From: a virus
Length of the DNA stretch: 64,000 nt
UHGV virus genome: UHGV-0057547
Strand: one strand, 5' to 3'
Below, one piece after another: positions 38,133-47,323 of this stretch. A program made the position numbers and the translations under genes. Under the pieces are notes generated by a model that searched no databases, was not told the origin of the DNA, and saw only the letters and a list, made by a program, of their open reading frames with translations. Each line of letters opens with the position of its first letter. Within the stretch, counting starts at the first letter, position 1.

Positions 38133-38918
38133 CTAATCAGCAAATTTAAAAGATACTTTCATATCAGCTTTAGTACAACTAGCTTGAGCATTATATTTTT
38201 TATTTAATAGATTATATTTTATTGTATATTTGTTACAACCTAAAACTTTACAAGCTATTAAATAATTGTCAAATACTTTATGATAACCATCATTATTAAA
38301 TACAATTACTTCTTTATCTTCTATTTTATCACTTTCATCTTCATAATCATATTCATTAATACTTAATTGTTCTTTATTGTTTATTAATTCTTTTCTTAAT
38401 TTCATTATTAATTGTTGCACTCTTTGTTTACTTATTTCCATTTTACAACCTATTTCCTCATAGTTATAACCATTCATAAGCATTATAACTATATCATATA
38501 ATCTTTTATCTTTTAAATTTTTTATATAATTTAATATTTCATTTCTATAAATACCTGTAAAATCATCTAATCTTCCAACAGTTCTATCTCTAACTTTTTC
38601 GGTATCTTCATCCATACCTTCATTTTCATGAACTTTTCTTTCTCCACCTTTTTGAACATATTTATATAAATCATTATTAACAAAACTTAACATTTTATTT
38701 CTAATTGATTTTACAGCCAAAGTACTAAATTTTCCTTTACTTTCATCATAAGTTTTAATGACATTATATAAAGTTATCATTCCAATTTGTTTTAAATCAG
38801 CATATACATCATATTCAGATACAGTTGTATAGAAAAATCTTTGTATTACCCAATCCACTAAACTTTCATTTTCTATTAACATTTTTTCTATTCTTATTTC
38901 ATTTTCAAATTTTTCCAT
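38133..38918 (-). CDS. sigma-70-family sigma factor
   Basis: Region 2 DWVIQRFF...ADLKQIGMITLYNVIKTYDESKG; region 4 MEISKQRVQQLIMKLRKEL. Confidence 0.6.
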   Translation of the reverse strand: MEKFENEIRIEKMLIENESLVDWVIQRFFYTTVSEYDVYADLKQIGMITLYNVIKTYDESKGKFSTLAVKSIRNKMLSFVNNDLYKYVQKGGERKVHENEGMDEDTEKVRDRTVGRLDDFTGIYRNEILNYIKNLKDKRLYDIVIMLMNGYNYEEIGCKMEISKQRVQQLIMKLRKELINNKEQLSINEYDYEDESDKIEDKEVIVFNNDGYHKVFDNYLIACKVLGCNKYTIKYNLLNKKYNAQASCTKADMKVSFKFAD

Positions 38919-39016
38919 CTTTCATATCCCCCATTCTTTATCATATAATAATTATATTACATTTTTTATCTATTGTCAACAATTATCACCAACTTTATTT
39001 TTTATTTTTTTTTACT

Positions 39017-39763
39017 TTATTCCCTCCATTCAAAATTTATTTTCTTATTTAAAGTTTTACTTTTAGCACTTTTCCTTAATCCTTGACATATTTTCCTAAT
39101 AGAGTTCTTATCAATGCCTAAATCTTCACTAGCCATTTGAAGATTATCATAATTTTTATAAAATTTTCCATCTATAAAAGCTACAACACTTCCTTTACTT
39201 TTCCTAATTTCATGTTTAATATTAAATTTTTCTTTTAAGTTTTCTTTTATAAAAAACATTTTTTTATTTATAATACGATAATTATTATTTAATATTTCAC
39301 TTATTTCTTTTCCGTTGTATCCTCTTAGCATATAGTAAAATATTATATAATAATCTCCACCTAAATTCTTTACATATTGTAAATACATTTCAATGTATAA
39401 AATTGTTTCGTCATCATAATCACCCAACATATCTTCAAGAGTTAACTTTTCATCTTCTTTAGTTTGTATATCTTCATTAAGTGATAAAATATTTTTATTA
39501 TTTATTGTATGTTTTTTATTAATATAGGTTATAATAGAATTGTAAATGCATTTACTACAATAACAAATAAAGGATTTCTCATTGTTTATATTGTCAATAG
39601 GTCTATAAGTCTTATATGCTTTTACAATAGCTATTCTACCTTCTTGTAATAAATCATCATAATCATTGCTATAAATGAAATTTGAAAAATGTCTTTTGAT
39701 ATTTGATTTAATCAGATATTCATATTTGATTACAACTTCATTTATATCAATTGCGTTCTCCAT
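39017..39763 (-). CDS. sigma-70-family sigma factor-like protein
   Basis: Region 2-like DDLLQEGRIAIVKAYKTYRP; C-terminal basic HTH-like region. Confidence 0.5.
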   Translation of the reverse strand: MENAIDINEVVIKYEYLIKSNIKRHFSNFIYSNDYDDLLQEGRIAIVKAYKTYRPIDNINNEKSFICYCSKCIYNSIITYINKKHTINNKNILSLNEDIQTKEDEKLTLEDMLGDYDDETILYIEMYLQYVKNLGGDYYIIFYYMLRGYNGKEISEILNNNYRIINKKMFFIKENLKEKFNIKHEIRKSKGSVVAFIDGKFYKNYDNLQMASEDLGIDKNSIRKICQGLRKSAKSKTLNKKINFEWRE

Positions 39764-39870
39764 TTTTCAATTCCCCCTTTATTACTTTATTTACTTATAT
39801 TATACTATCATTCTTATTAAAAGTCAATAATAAAAAAAATAAAAAAGGAGAAAATTTTCTCCTTACAAAT

Positions 39871-40185
39871 TTATAAATAAGTTATTTCTAATCCTAAATT
39901 TTTAGCTACTCCTATAATCTGATATACTTCTTCATCCCTTTCAGGAAGTACATAAACTTCATCAGCAAAGGTTAATATTTTTAATGAATAATTTATCAAC
40001 TCATCCTTATCAATGTCCTTAGAAAGCCAACCAACGGCTTTCAATGGACTTATATATAATATATGTTTCCTTCCATTCTTTAAATCATCCCTAATCAATT
40101 CTCTAATTAAGGATTCAATTGCTTTTTCTTGTCCTTCCGTATTACTACCAGTAATAAATATAACCTTATAATCATCTAACTTCAT
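39871..40185 (-). CDS. possible nucleoside 2-deoxyribosyltransferase-like (DUF4406-like) protein
   Basis: KVIFITGS...ILYISPL...ADEVYVLPE pattern. Confidence 0.3.
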   Translation of the reverse strand: MKLDDYKVIFITGSNTEGQEKAIESLIRELIRDDLKNGRKHILYISPLKAVGWLSKDIDKDELINYSLKILTFADEVYVLPERDEEVYQIIGVAKNLGLEITYL

Positions 40186-40197
40186 TATATCATCCCC

Positions 40198-40848
40198 TTA
40201 TAAATTAGTAGTTTTGTATCTAATTAATTTCATTGCCATGTCGTCAAGTTGTTGAAATGATTCTCTTAATGTTTTAGAAAAATATTGTTCTTTACCTAAT
40301 TCCTTTTCTCCTAATTGAACAGTGCTACCACTAAAATCAGTTTCTTCAAGTTCTTCATTTTCATTTAAACAGTTTACCATTTTATTATATGAAACATCAG
40401 TCATAATTAATACTTCTTTATATTGTATTTCAAATACTAATTTCCATTTTCTTTTATCCTCAGTTCCATTTTTATTAATTTTAAGTTTTAGGTAATCACT
40501 TACTTTATCTCTTATTGGTAATATTTCTATTAAACTTCTTTCAACAGATTTTTGTATATTATTGTATGTTCTATATATATTACTATCATTTTCCATATTC
40601 CTTATTAACCATTTTTCATGAGCTTTAACATGACATACGCCAAACATTATATTAAGTGAATGGTATAGCCATTTATTTTCTTTTTTACTTTGGTTTATTA
40701 TTATTCTTATTTTTGTTTTAAAACTATTTTCTTTTGCTATTCTTCTTGTGCCTTGATTACCATGTTGTTTATATTCTTCATAACTATCTAATTTTCTATA
40801 ATCTTTTCTTTCTTTTAAATTTACATTAGTTTCTAATTCTTTTTTCAC
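40198..40848 (-). CDS. hypothetical protein
   Basis: 216-aa ORF; no recognisable motif. Confidence 0.4.
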   Translation of the reverse strand: MKKELETNVNLKERKDYRKLDSYEEYKQHGNQGTRRIAKENSFKTKIRIIINQSKKENKWLYHSLNIMFGVCHVKAHEKWLIRNMENDSNIYRTYNNIQKSVERSLIEILPIRDKVSDYLKLKINKNGTEDKRKWKLVFEIQYKEVLIMTDVSYNKMVNCLNENEELEETDFSGSTVQLGEKELGKEQYFSKTLRESFQQLDDMAMKLIRYKTTNL

Positions 40849-40878
40849 AATATCTTCTCCCCTTTTTATAATTTATTT

Positions 40879-41256
40879 TTATTTTTTACTTTTACCTTTT
40901 CCTTTTAATTCGGATTCTTTTTCTTTTTCAGCTTTTTTTGATTTCTTAAGTTCTTCAAAATAAGTTGGTAATATTTGTTTCATTTTTTTTCTAAATTCTT
41001 TTGCAAAATATTCTTTAATTTCTTTAACTTCTTTTTCTACCTCTTTAGGAATTTCATCACTTACATCAATTTCATTTAATATACTTAAATGCAATTTTCC
41101 AAAGTCATTATTATATCTTGCACTTTCGGCTCTAGTTTCGCTAAATCTAACTAGATATTTGTTTGTGTATTCCTCATTGAAACAATATTTATATGCATCA
41201 ACTTGTCTGTCAACAAAGTTATCTAATTTTTCTTTATCACTTTTTTTCATAATCAT
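40879..41256 (-). CDS. hypothetical highly charged protein
   Basis: 125 aa, Lys/Glu-rich; downstream of RNA element copy 4. Confidence 0.4.
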   Translation of the reverse strand: MIMKKSDKEKLDNFVDRQVDAYKYCFNEEYTNKYLVRFSETRAESARYNNDFGKLHLSILNEIDVSDEIPKEVEKEVKEIKEYFAKEFRKKMKQILPTYFEELKKSKKAEKEKESELKGKGKSKK

Positions 41257-41339
41257 CTCTCCCTTTTTATAATTTTTTATATTTATTTTAATACTTGATT
41301 GTTATATTTGTATTATTCTTCTTCTTAGCTTATCGGTTT

Positions 41340-41451
41340 GTTTCAATGCTTACATTTAAGCTTCCCTATTCAACATATCCTCTTTCACCTAATGGCTACT
41401 TGAGTTTGTGTGATACTCCCAGGGCGTAAATTCGGGTTTGAACATCCCTAC
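41340..41451 (-). ncRNA. conserved structured RNA element (copy 4), in the 5' leader of gene 40879..41256
   Basis: Near-identical to copy 3. Promoter 41489..41517 immediately upstream. Confidence 0.6.
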
Positions 41452-41488
41452 ATATTAATTTTTTATTTTTATTATCTTATTTACTTAT

Positions 41489-41517
41489 ATTATACTATTG
41501 CTATTATTAAAAGTCAA
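41489..41517 (-). promoter_or_regulatory. consensus promoter cassette
   Basis: TTGACT (41512-41517), 17 nt, TATAAT (41489-41494). Confidence 0.6.
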
Positions 41518-41621
41518 GTATTATTTTTATCTTATTTATTCGTCTACTTAGTTTCATGTTTGTTTTAGCATATGTTACATTTGTACGTAATCCATTTTTT
41601 AAATATAGAAGACTACTATCA

Positions 41622-41786
41622 TGTTTCAGTGCTTGTTACACTTGTATGGAAAGACTACTAAAAAGACAATGGAGTTTCAGTGCTTTGACAAGCTTCCCTG
41701 TTCATCGTGTTCTTTTTCACTTTATATAAGCTACTCAAGTTTTTATAACACTCCAAGGGCGTAAATTCGGAACTGAACTTTCCTAC
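41622..41786 (-). ncRNA. conserved structured RNA element (copies 5 and 6; internally duplicated 3' module), located 47 nt downstream of the tnpB stop codon with no promoter of its own. Candidate omegaRNA-like RNA
   Basis: Same AUAGGAAAGUUCAGUUCC-GAAUUUACGCCCUUGGAGUG-...-GAACACGAUGAACAGGGAAGCUUG core, then two GCACUGAAAC modules. Positionally equivalent to a TnpB omegaRNA (3' of tnpB, same strand). Confidence 0.5.
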
Positions 41787-41832
41787 ATACCGAATATATC
41801 TTGTTGGTGATTATTATTCGGTTTTATTATAT

Positions 41833-43014
41833 TTAATATTGTGCTAAGTTTATAGAGGCATTTAAGTCTCTATCCATTGTGTGTCCACATTCAGGACAAG
41901 TAAAAGTTCTATCTTTCAATTTTAATCTTTCTTTTCCTATTCTTATATATCCACATTTACTACAAGTTTGTGAACTAGGATACCATCTGTCAGCTACTAC
42001 TAATTCAATTCCATAGTCATCACATTTATAAGTTAATTGATTTTTGATTTCATTAAATCCTTGTTGCCCTATTGATTTACTTAGATGTTTATTTTTCATC
42101 ATCCCTTTTACGTTTAAATTTTCAATAACTACTCTTTGTGGTTTCTTTTCTACTATTTGATGTGTCATTGTATGTCTATAATTATTTCTTATACCTGCAA
42201 TTCTATGTTGTAATTTAAGTATTTGTTTTTCTAATTTTATTATATTATTAGTCTTATGATATTTCTTTCCTTGTCTATTCATTTCATATTTTCTACTCAC
42301 TTGTCGTTGCATACGTTTTAATTTCTTTTCTAATTTTCTAACATGAGCAGTTTTATTAATGTTTTTATATACTGTGCCATCACTACATATTGCTAAATCT
42401 TTTATTCCTAAGTCTATTCCTAATGATGTTGGATTTAATTCAGGTTTTTCTTTTATTTCTCTTAAGCCTACACTAATGCTCCAATATATCCCATTGTATG
42501 TGACTCTAGGATTTACATATTTAATTTTAGGATACATTTCGCTTTCTTCATAAGGTATATAACCTTTTCTAGCTAATTTGATTGTTCCTATCTTAGATAT
42601 TTTTACTGTATCTTCAGTGATTTTTATACGTTGATAATGTGGTGCAAAAGCTGGAGTTGTTTTATTTCTACTTTTAAATTTAGGATAACCAACATCAGGT
42701 CTTTTGAAAAAATTTTTAAAAGCATTACAACTATCTGTATATGCAATTACTAGTGCCATTGAATCACAATCTTTAAGCCATTCATTACCTTCTTGATTTT
42801 TGTAAGCAGTGAAATATTTGCTTAATCCTTTTGATGGTATAAACTTTTCTTTTTTAGGAATACTTTCATCTTCATATCTACTTTTTTGAAATGCTAAACA
42901 CCAATTATATACATGTCTTGCACATCCTGCTTGAAAGAACATTTGTTTTTCTTGTTGTTTTGTTGGATATAACCTAACTTTGAAAGTTCTAATCTCCATT
43001 TTCAATTCCCCCAT
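41833..43014 (-). CDS. tnpB: TnpB (IS200/IS605 OrfB-type RuvC-like nuclease), catalytic residues intact
   Basis: FKVRLYPTKQQ N-terminus; RuvC-I GIDLGIKDLA; RuvC-II VVIENLNVKGMMKN; zinc finger CSKCGY...CPECGH; RuvC-III MDRDLNASINLA. Confidence 0.85.
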   Translation of the reverse strand: MGELKMEIRTFKVRLYPTKQQEKQMFFQAGCARHVYNWCLAFQKSRYEDESIPKKEKFIPSKGLSKYFTAYKNQEGNEWLKDCDSMALVIAYTDSCNAFKNFFKRPDVGYPKFKSRNKTTPAFAPHYQRIKITEDTVKISKIGTIKLARKGYIPYEESEMYPKIKYVNPRVTYNGIYWSISVGLREIKEKPELNPTSLGIDLGIKDLAICSDGTVYKNINKTAHVRKLEKKLKRMQRQVSRKYEMNRQGKKYHKTNNIIKLEKQILKLQHRIAGIRNNYRHTMTHQIVEKKPQRVVIENLNVKGMMKNKHLSKSIGQQGFNEIKNQLTYKCDDYGIELVVADRWYPSSQTCSKCGYIRIGKERLKLKDRTFTCPECGHTMDRDLNASINLAQY

Positions 43015-43032
43015 TTATCTTTATTTACTTAT

Positions 43033-43061
43033 ATTATACTATCGTCCTTATTAAAAGTCAA
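43033..43061 (-). promoter_or_regulatory. consensus promoter cassette driving tnpB
   Basis: TTGACT (43056-43061), 17 nt, TATAAT (43033-43038). Confidence 0.6.
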
Positions 43062-43070
43062 TAAATTTTG

Positions 43071-43100
43071 AAAAAAACTGAGAAGAAAAATTTTCTTCTC
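43071..43100 (-). terminator. rho-independent terminator
   Basis: Minus-sense hairpin GAGAAGAAAAUUUUUCUUCUC followed by UUUUUUU. Confidence 0.55.
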
Positions 43101-43390
43101 TATATTAAATCATATAGTTCTATACATATTCTAGAAAGTAAATTATCTATTTCTATCAAATTGTCGGTACAAACAACATCCGTGTATTTCATTAAATTGG
43201 TAAGTGCATTTAAAACTCCTTTAATTTCTTCTTTTGATTTAAAATTTATTATTCCATTTTTAACTCTATTGTATAAAAATAATAAATAATATTCATCATC
43301 ACTCTTGAATCCTTTACCATACTTATTTAATGTTTTCTTTATGGCATCCTCTAGCATTTCACTTTCAACTAAGTTTAAATTATATTTCAT
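43100..43390 (-). CDS. hypothetical protein
   Basis: 96-aa ORF; no recognisable motif. Confidence 0.4.
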   Translation of the reverse strand: MKYNLNLVESEMLEDAIKKTLNKYGKGFKSDDEYYLLFLYNRVKNGIINFKSKEEIKGVLNALTNLMKYTDVVCTDNLIEIDNLLSRICIELYDLI

Positions 43391-43514
43391 AATTCCCCAA
43401 CTCCTTTTTATTTTTTTATTTTATTTACTTATATTGTACTATTACTTTTATTAAATGTCAAGTATTTTTGAAAAAAACTGAGAAGAAATTTTTCTTCTCT
43501 AAATTAAGTATTTA

Positions 43515-43799
43515 TTAAAATGTCTTAATTAAGAATACTATCATTATTACTACTCCTATGCCCCCTAAAATTGCTCCCATTTTACTAAATTTAATTTGTT
43601 CTTCCATTGCCATTATTAATCTTTCTTTGTCCTCTTGTACTGTAAATCCATCTTTTCTCATTTCCTCTATAAGCGTATCTATATTGGCTGAGTATTCATT
43701 GTAATATGCTCTATCTCTAATGTAATTTAGAATAGGTAAAAAAGCTAAACAAATACCAAATACTTCTAATGCTCTACTTATTAATAATGATAAATTCAT
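43515..43799 (-). CDS. small membrane protein
   Basis: Hydrophobic N- and C-terminal segments. Confidence 0.4.
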   Translation of the reverse strand: MNLSLLISRALEVFGICLAFLPILNYIRDRAYYNEYSANIDTLIEEMRKDGFTVQEDKERLIMAMEEQIKFSKMGAILGGIGVVIMIVFLIKTF

Positions 43800-43940
43800 A
43801 AAATACCTCCAATTTAAAGTCCTTAAGACTATTTATTTTTTTTATTTTGTTTTTTTATATTTATTATACTATTATTATATCATGTAGTTTATGTTATGTC
43901 AAGCATTTTTGAAAAAACTGAGAAGAAAATTTTTCTTCTC

Positions 43941-44537
43941 TTATAAACTTAGATTTAATAAATTAACTTGTTCTATTATTTCTTTATTATCAGATAAAAA
44001 AACTTTTTTTCTTCTATCGTACAATACTACATGACTACCACATTTCTTGCAACTAGCACCTTTGAAGGCTTGCTTTTTGCTTTCTGTCAATTTACTAACA
44101 GTTCCTATTATTCCATCTTTTGGACAGATTACAAAATATTTATCATTTCTTTCTTCATATTTCAATTTTACTTTCAGACTATCAGATATTTCTAAATACT
44201 TACAAACTTCTTTCCATCTATCATCATGATTACAATTATCATCGTGTAATTCATTAGCTATATAATGTGCTAATTCATGTTTTAATACGTATTCAAGTTT
44301 TTCATTTGTTGCATTTCTAAAAAATGATTTAGATATTTGCATGTCACAAGGGACTATTTTTTTAGAGTTTCTTGTAAGATAAAATCTATAACAAGCAACT
44401 TTCTTTTTAAATCTTCCATTAAGATTTATATCTTTTTCAAATAATGGTATTTCATTTCCTGTTTTCTTATTAAACATTTCTATGTTTTCATTTAAAAATA
44501 CTCTTACTTCATTAACATTTTTTATTCTTCTTTCCAT
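43941..44537 (-). CDS. SprT-like zinc metalloprotease with C-terminal zinc ribbon
   Basis: HELAHYIANELHDDNCNHDDRW (HExxH plus downstream His); CKKCGSH. Confidence 0.55.
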   Translation of the reverse strand: MERRIKNVNEVRVFLNENIEMFNKKTGNEIPLFEKDINLNGRFKKKVACYRFYLTRNSKKIVPCDMQISKSFFRNATNEKLEYVLKHELAHYIANELHDDNCNHDDRWKEVCKYLEISDSLKVKLKYEERNDKYFVICPKDGIIGTVSKLTESKKQAFKGASCKKCGSHVVLYDRRKKVFLSDNKEIIEQVNLLNLSL

Positions 44538-44650
44538 TCTTCATTCCCCCTAAAATATTTTTATTATTTATTTCTTTTATACTTATATTATATACTAGAT
44601 TTTATCTATTGTCAAGTATTTTTGTAAAAACTGAGAAGAAAAAATCTTCT

Positions 44651-45238
44651 CTATTCAACTTCAACTTCTATTTTTTTAAAAAAATCTATCATTTCTTTTT
44701 CGTATTTATTGAAAAGTCTGACTGCTTTTTTATCTGCTATTTTTTCACATTCGATATTCCTATAGTGTTCCATTTGCATCTCACCAATTAACCAAGTATT
44801 TATTTCATATTCCTTTTCACATTCAAAATATAATTTATTATATCCATGTTTATCAAGCGACCTATTTAGTGTTATCATATGCCCTATTTCATGTAATATA
44901 GAAACCATGCAATAAACTTGAAAAAAATTCATTTCATATTTTTTCATTATGTAATTGTAATTAAAACCATAATGCTTTAAATAATCCACAAAATATTCAT
45001 GCTGTCTAATTATACTTTCTCTTTCGGTATAAACATTTTCAGGAACATATAACAAACTATATCTATCAACTTTTTCTTGTCCTCCACATGCAAAAGATTT
45101 TTTTGAATATTTTTGTATGCAATAAGGTATTCCTTTTTTCAATTCTTTTTTCTCTATAAAAAAATCAAATATTGAATTCATAAAATCTTCTGTGATGTCA
45201 ATATATTTTCTTTTTATTAAATCACTTTTAAGTTTCAT
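44651..45238 (-). CDS. HEXXH metallopeptidase (ImmA/IrrE-like)
   Basis: ILHEIGHMITLN. Confidence 0.45.
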   Translation of the reverse strand: MKLKSDLIKRKYIDITEDFMNSIFDFFIEKKELKKGIPYCIQKYSKKSFACGGQEKVDRYSLLYVPENVYTERESIIRQHEYFVDYLKHYGFNYNYIMKKYEMNFFQVYCMVSILHEIGHMITLNRSLDKHGYNKLYFECEKEYEINTWLIGEMQMEHYRNIECEKIADKKAVRLFNKYEKEMIDFFKKIEVEVE

Positions 45239-45264
45239 TTTTTATTTCCCCCTTTATACTATAT

Positions 45265-45293
45265 ATTATATATTAAGTTTTATATATTGTCAA
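45265..45293 (-). promoter_or_regulatory. sigma-A-type promoter (TTGACA-17-TATAAT) for gene 44651..45238
   Basis: TTGACA 45288-45293, 17-nt spacer, TATAAT 45265-45270. Confidence 0.5.
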
Positions 45294-45302
45294 TCACTTT
45301 TG

Positions 45303-45331
45303 AAAAAAACTGAGAAGAAAAAATTCTTCTC
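45303..45331 (-). terminator. rho-independent terminator, 3' of RNA element copy 7
   Basis: Minus-sense GAGAAGAAUUUUUUCUUCUC followed by AGUUUUUUUC. Confidence 0.55.
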
Positions 45332-45384
45332 TTTTAAAAAAAATTTTCTTTAATAAAATCTTTTATTTCAATTAGAATTACTCC

Positions 45385-45498
45385 GTTTCAATACTTGTTA
45401 TCAAGCTTCCCTATTCAACGTATCCTCTTCCCCTCTTATGAGGTACTCAAGTTTATATGATACTCCAAGGGCGTAAATTCGGAACTGAACTTTCCTAT
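45385..45498 (-). ncRNA. conserved structured RNA element (copy 7), a stand-alone unit flanked by its own promoter (45518..45546) and terminator (45303..45331)
   Basis: AUAGGAAAGUUCAGUUCC-GAAUUUACGCCCUUGGAGUAUC...GGAUACGUUGAAUAGGGAAGCUUGAUAACAAGUAUUGAAAC. Terminator about 45 nt downstream; a second promoter then drives the next gene. Confidence 0.6.
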
Positions 45499-45517
45499 TT
45501 ATTTCTTATTTACTTAT

Positions 45518-45546
45518 ATTATACTATTTTTACTGTTGAATGTCAA
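45518..45546 (-). promoter_or_regulatory. promoter cassette driving RNA element copy 7
   Basis: TTGACA 45541-45546, 17 nt, TATAAT 45518-45523. Confidence 0.6.
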
Positions 45547-45657
45547 GTATTATTTTTAAAAACTGGGAAGAAAAATTTTCTTCCCTTGATTGTTTTCGCA
45601 CAAAAGTAGGCTACGTCAGCACAAAAGTGGGCGACCCTATATTTTATTCCAATTTAA

Positions 45658-46236
45658 TTATTCCAATTTTTTAATCATATAGTGCGTAATTTTTCTTTTT
45701 CCTTTTTTCTTTCTTTTTAAATCATATCCATGCTCTTTTAATATTTTTTCTAAAGTGGGTAAACCTATTAATCTATTTCTGTTATCCCTAAGGTTATTTT
45801 TAATAATTATATCATTAAAAATAATATCTCTAGTAATCCATTTATTAAGTAGATTATCTTCAATGGAAAGGTCAATTTTTATATGTTTATGTTTTCTATG
45901 AATAACACTAAGATGACAATGTATACATAATGTTTTATAAGTATAAAACAAGTGTTTTCCTAATACTTTTTCTTCTATGTTTTTCAACTCTAATTTTGTA
46001 TAATTATCTATTGTTTTATATTCTTCTAGTCCTAACTCAATTAAAGTATCTTTTACCATATTAGCAAATGGATAAATGTGATGAACTTGTAAATCTTCAA
46101 TTCCACCGCATTGTTCACATTTATTCTTTTTAACTAACTTTACAAACTTATACCAAACTTTTATCCTTATATAATTGTTTAATGTTTGTTTTCTTTTTTC
46201 ATTATTTAACATTCCTTTTTTAATTATAATATTCAC
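45658..46236 (-). CDS. HNH endonuclease
   Basis: CEQCGG...LQVHHIYPF...CIHCHLSVIH. Confidence 0.65.
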   Translation of the reverse strand: MNIIIKKGMLNNEKRKQTLNNYIRIKVWYKFVKLVKKNKCEQCGGIEDLQVHHIYPFANMVKDTLIELGLEEYKTIDNYTKLELKNIEEKVLGKHLFYTYKTLCIHCHLSVIHRKHKHIKIDLSIEDNLLNKWITRDIIFNDIIIKNNLRDNRNRLIGLPTLEKILKEHGYDLKRKKKGKRKITHYMIKKLE

Positions 46237-46239
46237 CTT

Positions 46240-47307
46240 TTATTTTTTATTATAAATATACATTTTGTAGAAATTATCCCAAATTTGATAGTATTCTTCA
46301 GAATATTGAAGTTGTCTTAATCTACTTTCTTTCATAAGTATAGCATATTCAACATTAAATCCATTTCTAGATTTTATTTTTTCATCAATAGTTTTTTTAT
46401 TTTTATTTTGTCTTTTTAGTGCCAAAGATTTTCTAATTTCATATATATCATTTTTAATTATATCCACATCAAAACCATTTAAATAGTTCTTCTTAATATA
46501 TTCTATATCTTTAGTTAGAAAAATTTGAAATGCTTCATAAGTATATTTATATCCTAATTCACAAGTCAATTCAAAACTTAATTCTTTATCAAAGTCTTTT
46601 AATTTTTGAATATTACATTTTATATTTTCCTTTCTGTTGCCATATACTAAATCATTTCTACTTGTAATACTATATTTCTCACATATTCTATTTTCAATAT
46701 CTATTACTTTTCTTAATTGTATAGAATTTGTATTAAGATACACTTCATTATTTTCTAAGTCTACTGCAATTTTCACTTTATACCATTTTATTAAATTATC
46801 TTTTTTTTCAAGTTTATTTAAAGCAGATAAAAAATTTGAATATAAGGCAGAATTTTCAACAGAGAAAAAATCTTTTTTAACTATATCTTTATCGTTTAAA
46901 ATAGGATATTGATAATTAATATTCTTTTTTTCATTTGGATAAAATATTTCTACTAGAGCCATACTAGTTAGCCAATTGTCAAATGTTTTTACACAATATG
47001 TTTCATCTTTAAAATTGCAATAACCTATAATAGAATTTAATAAAGCTTGTTTCATTAAAAAACTCATACTCTTTTCATCCTCCTTAATATCATATACTTT
47101 CCTTTTGGAACTATCAAATTCTATCCCATTGCTCCCCATAAGAGTATAATATACTCTACTTCCTATTTTATTTTTTTCCACTGCACATACTTTGGAAAGT
47201 TTATTGATTAAAGTTTTTTCTTTTTTTCTAAAATTACTATAACTGTAGTCACAAAGTTCACAAAGTTCTTTTGATGTATAAGTCCCATCTTGTAATATTA
47301 CTTCCAT
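46240..47307 (-). CDS. hypothetical protein
   Basis: 355-aa ORF; no recognisable motif. Confidence 0.4.
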   Translation of the reverse strand: MEVILQDGTYTSKELCELCDYSYSNFRKKEKTLINKLSKVCAVEKNKIGSRVYYTLMGSNGIEFDSSKRKVYDIKEDEKSMSFLMKQALLNSIIGYCNFKDETYCVKTFDNWLTSMALVEIFYPNEKKNINYQYPILNDKDIVKKDFFSVENSALYSNFLSALNKLEKKDNLIKWYKVKIAVDLENNEVYLNTNSIQLRKVIDIENRICEKYSITSRNDLVYGNRKENIKCNIQKLKDFDKELSFELTCELGYKYTYEAFQIFLTKDIEYIKKNYLNGFDVDIIKNDIYEIRKSLALKRQNKNKKTIDEKIKSRNGFNVEYAILMKESRLRQLQYSEEYYQIWDNFYKMYIYNKK

Positions 47308-47323
47308 ATCATCAACTCCTTTT

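Noticed and set aside
41340-41786. Interpreting the repeated element as MITE-like IS200/IS605 end fragments mobilised by a host TnpA.
   Set aside because: All copies share orientation and a tightly conserved position just 3' of a phage promoter -10 (8-40 nt). They also show RNA-type covariation, which is not expected for randomly inserted DNA ends. An origin from an IS right end cannot be excluded.
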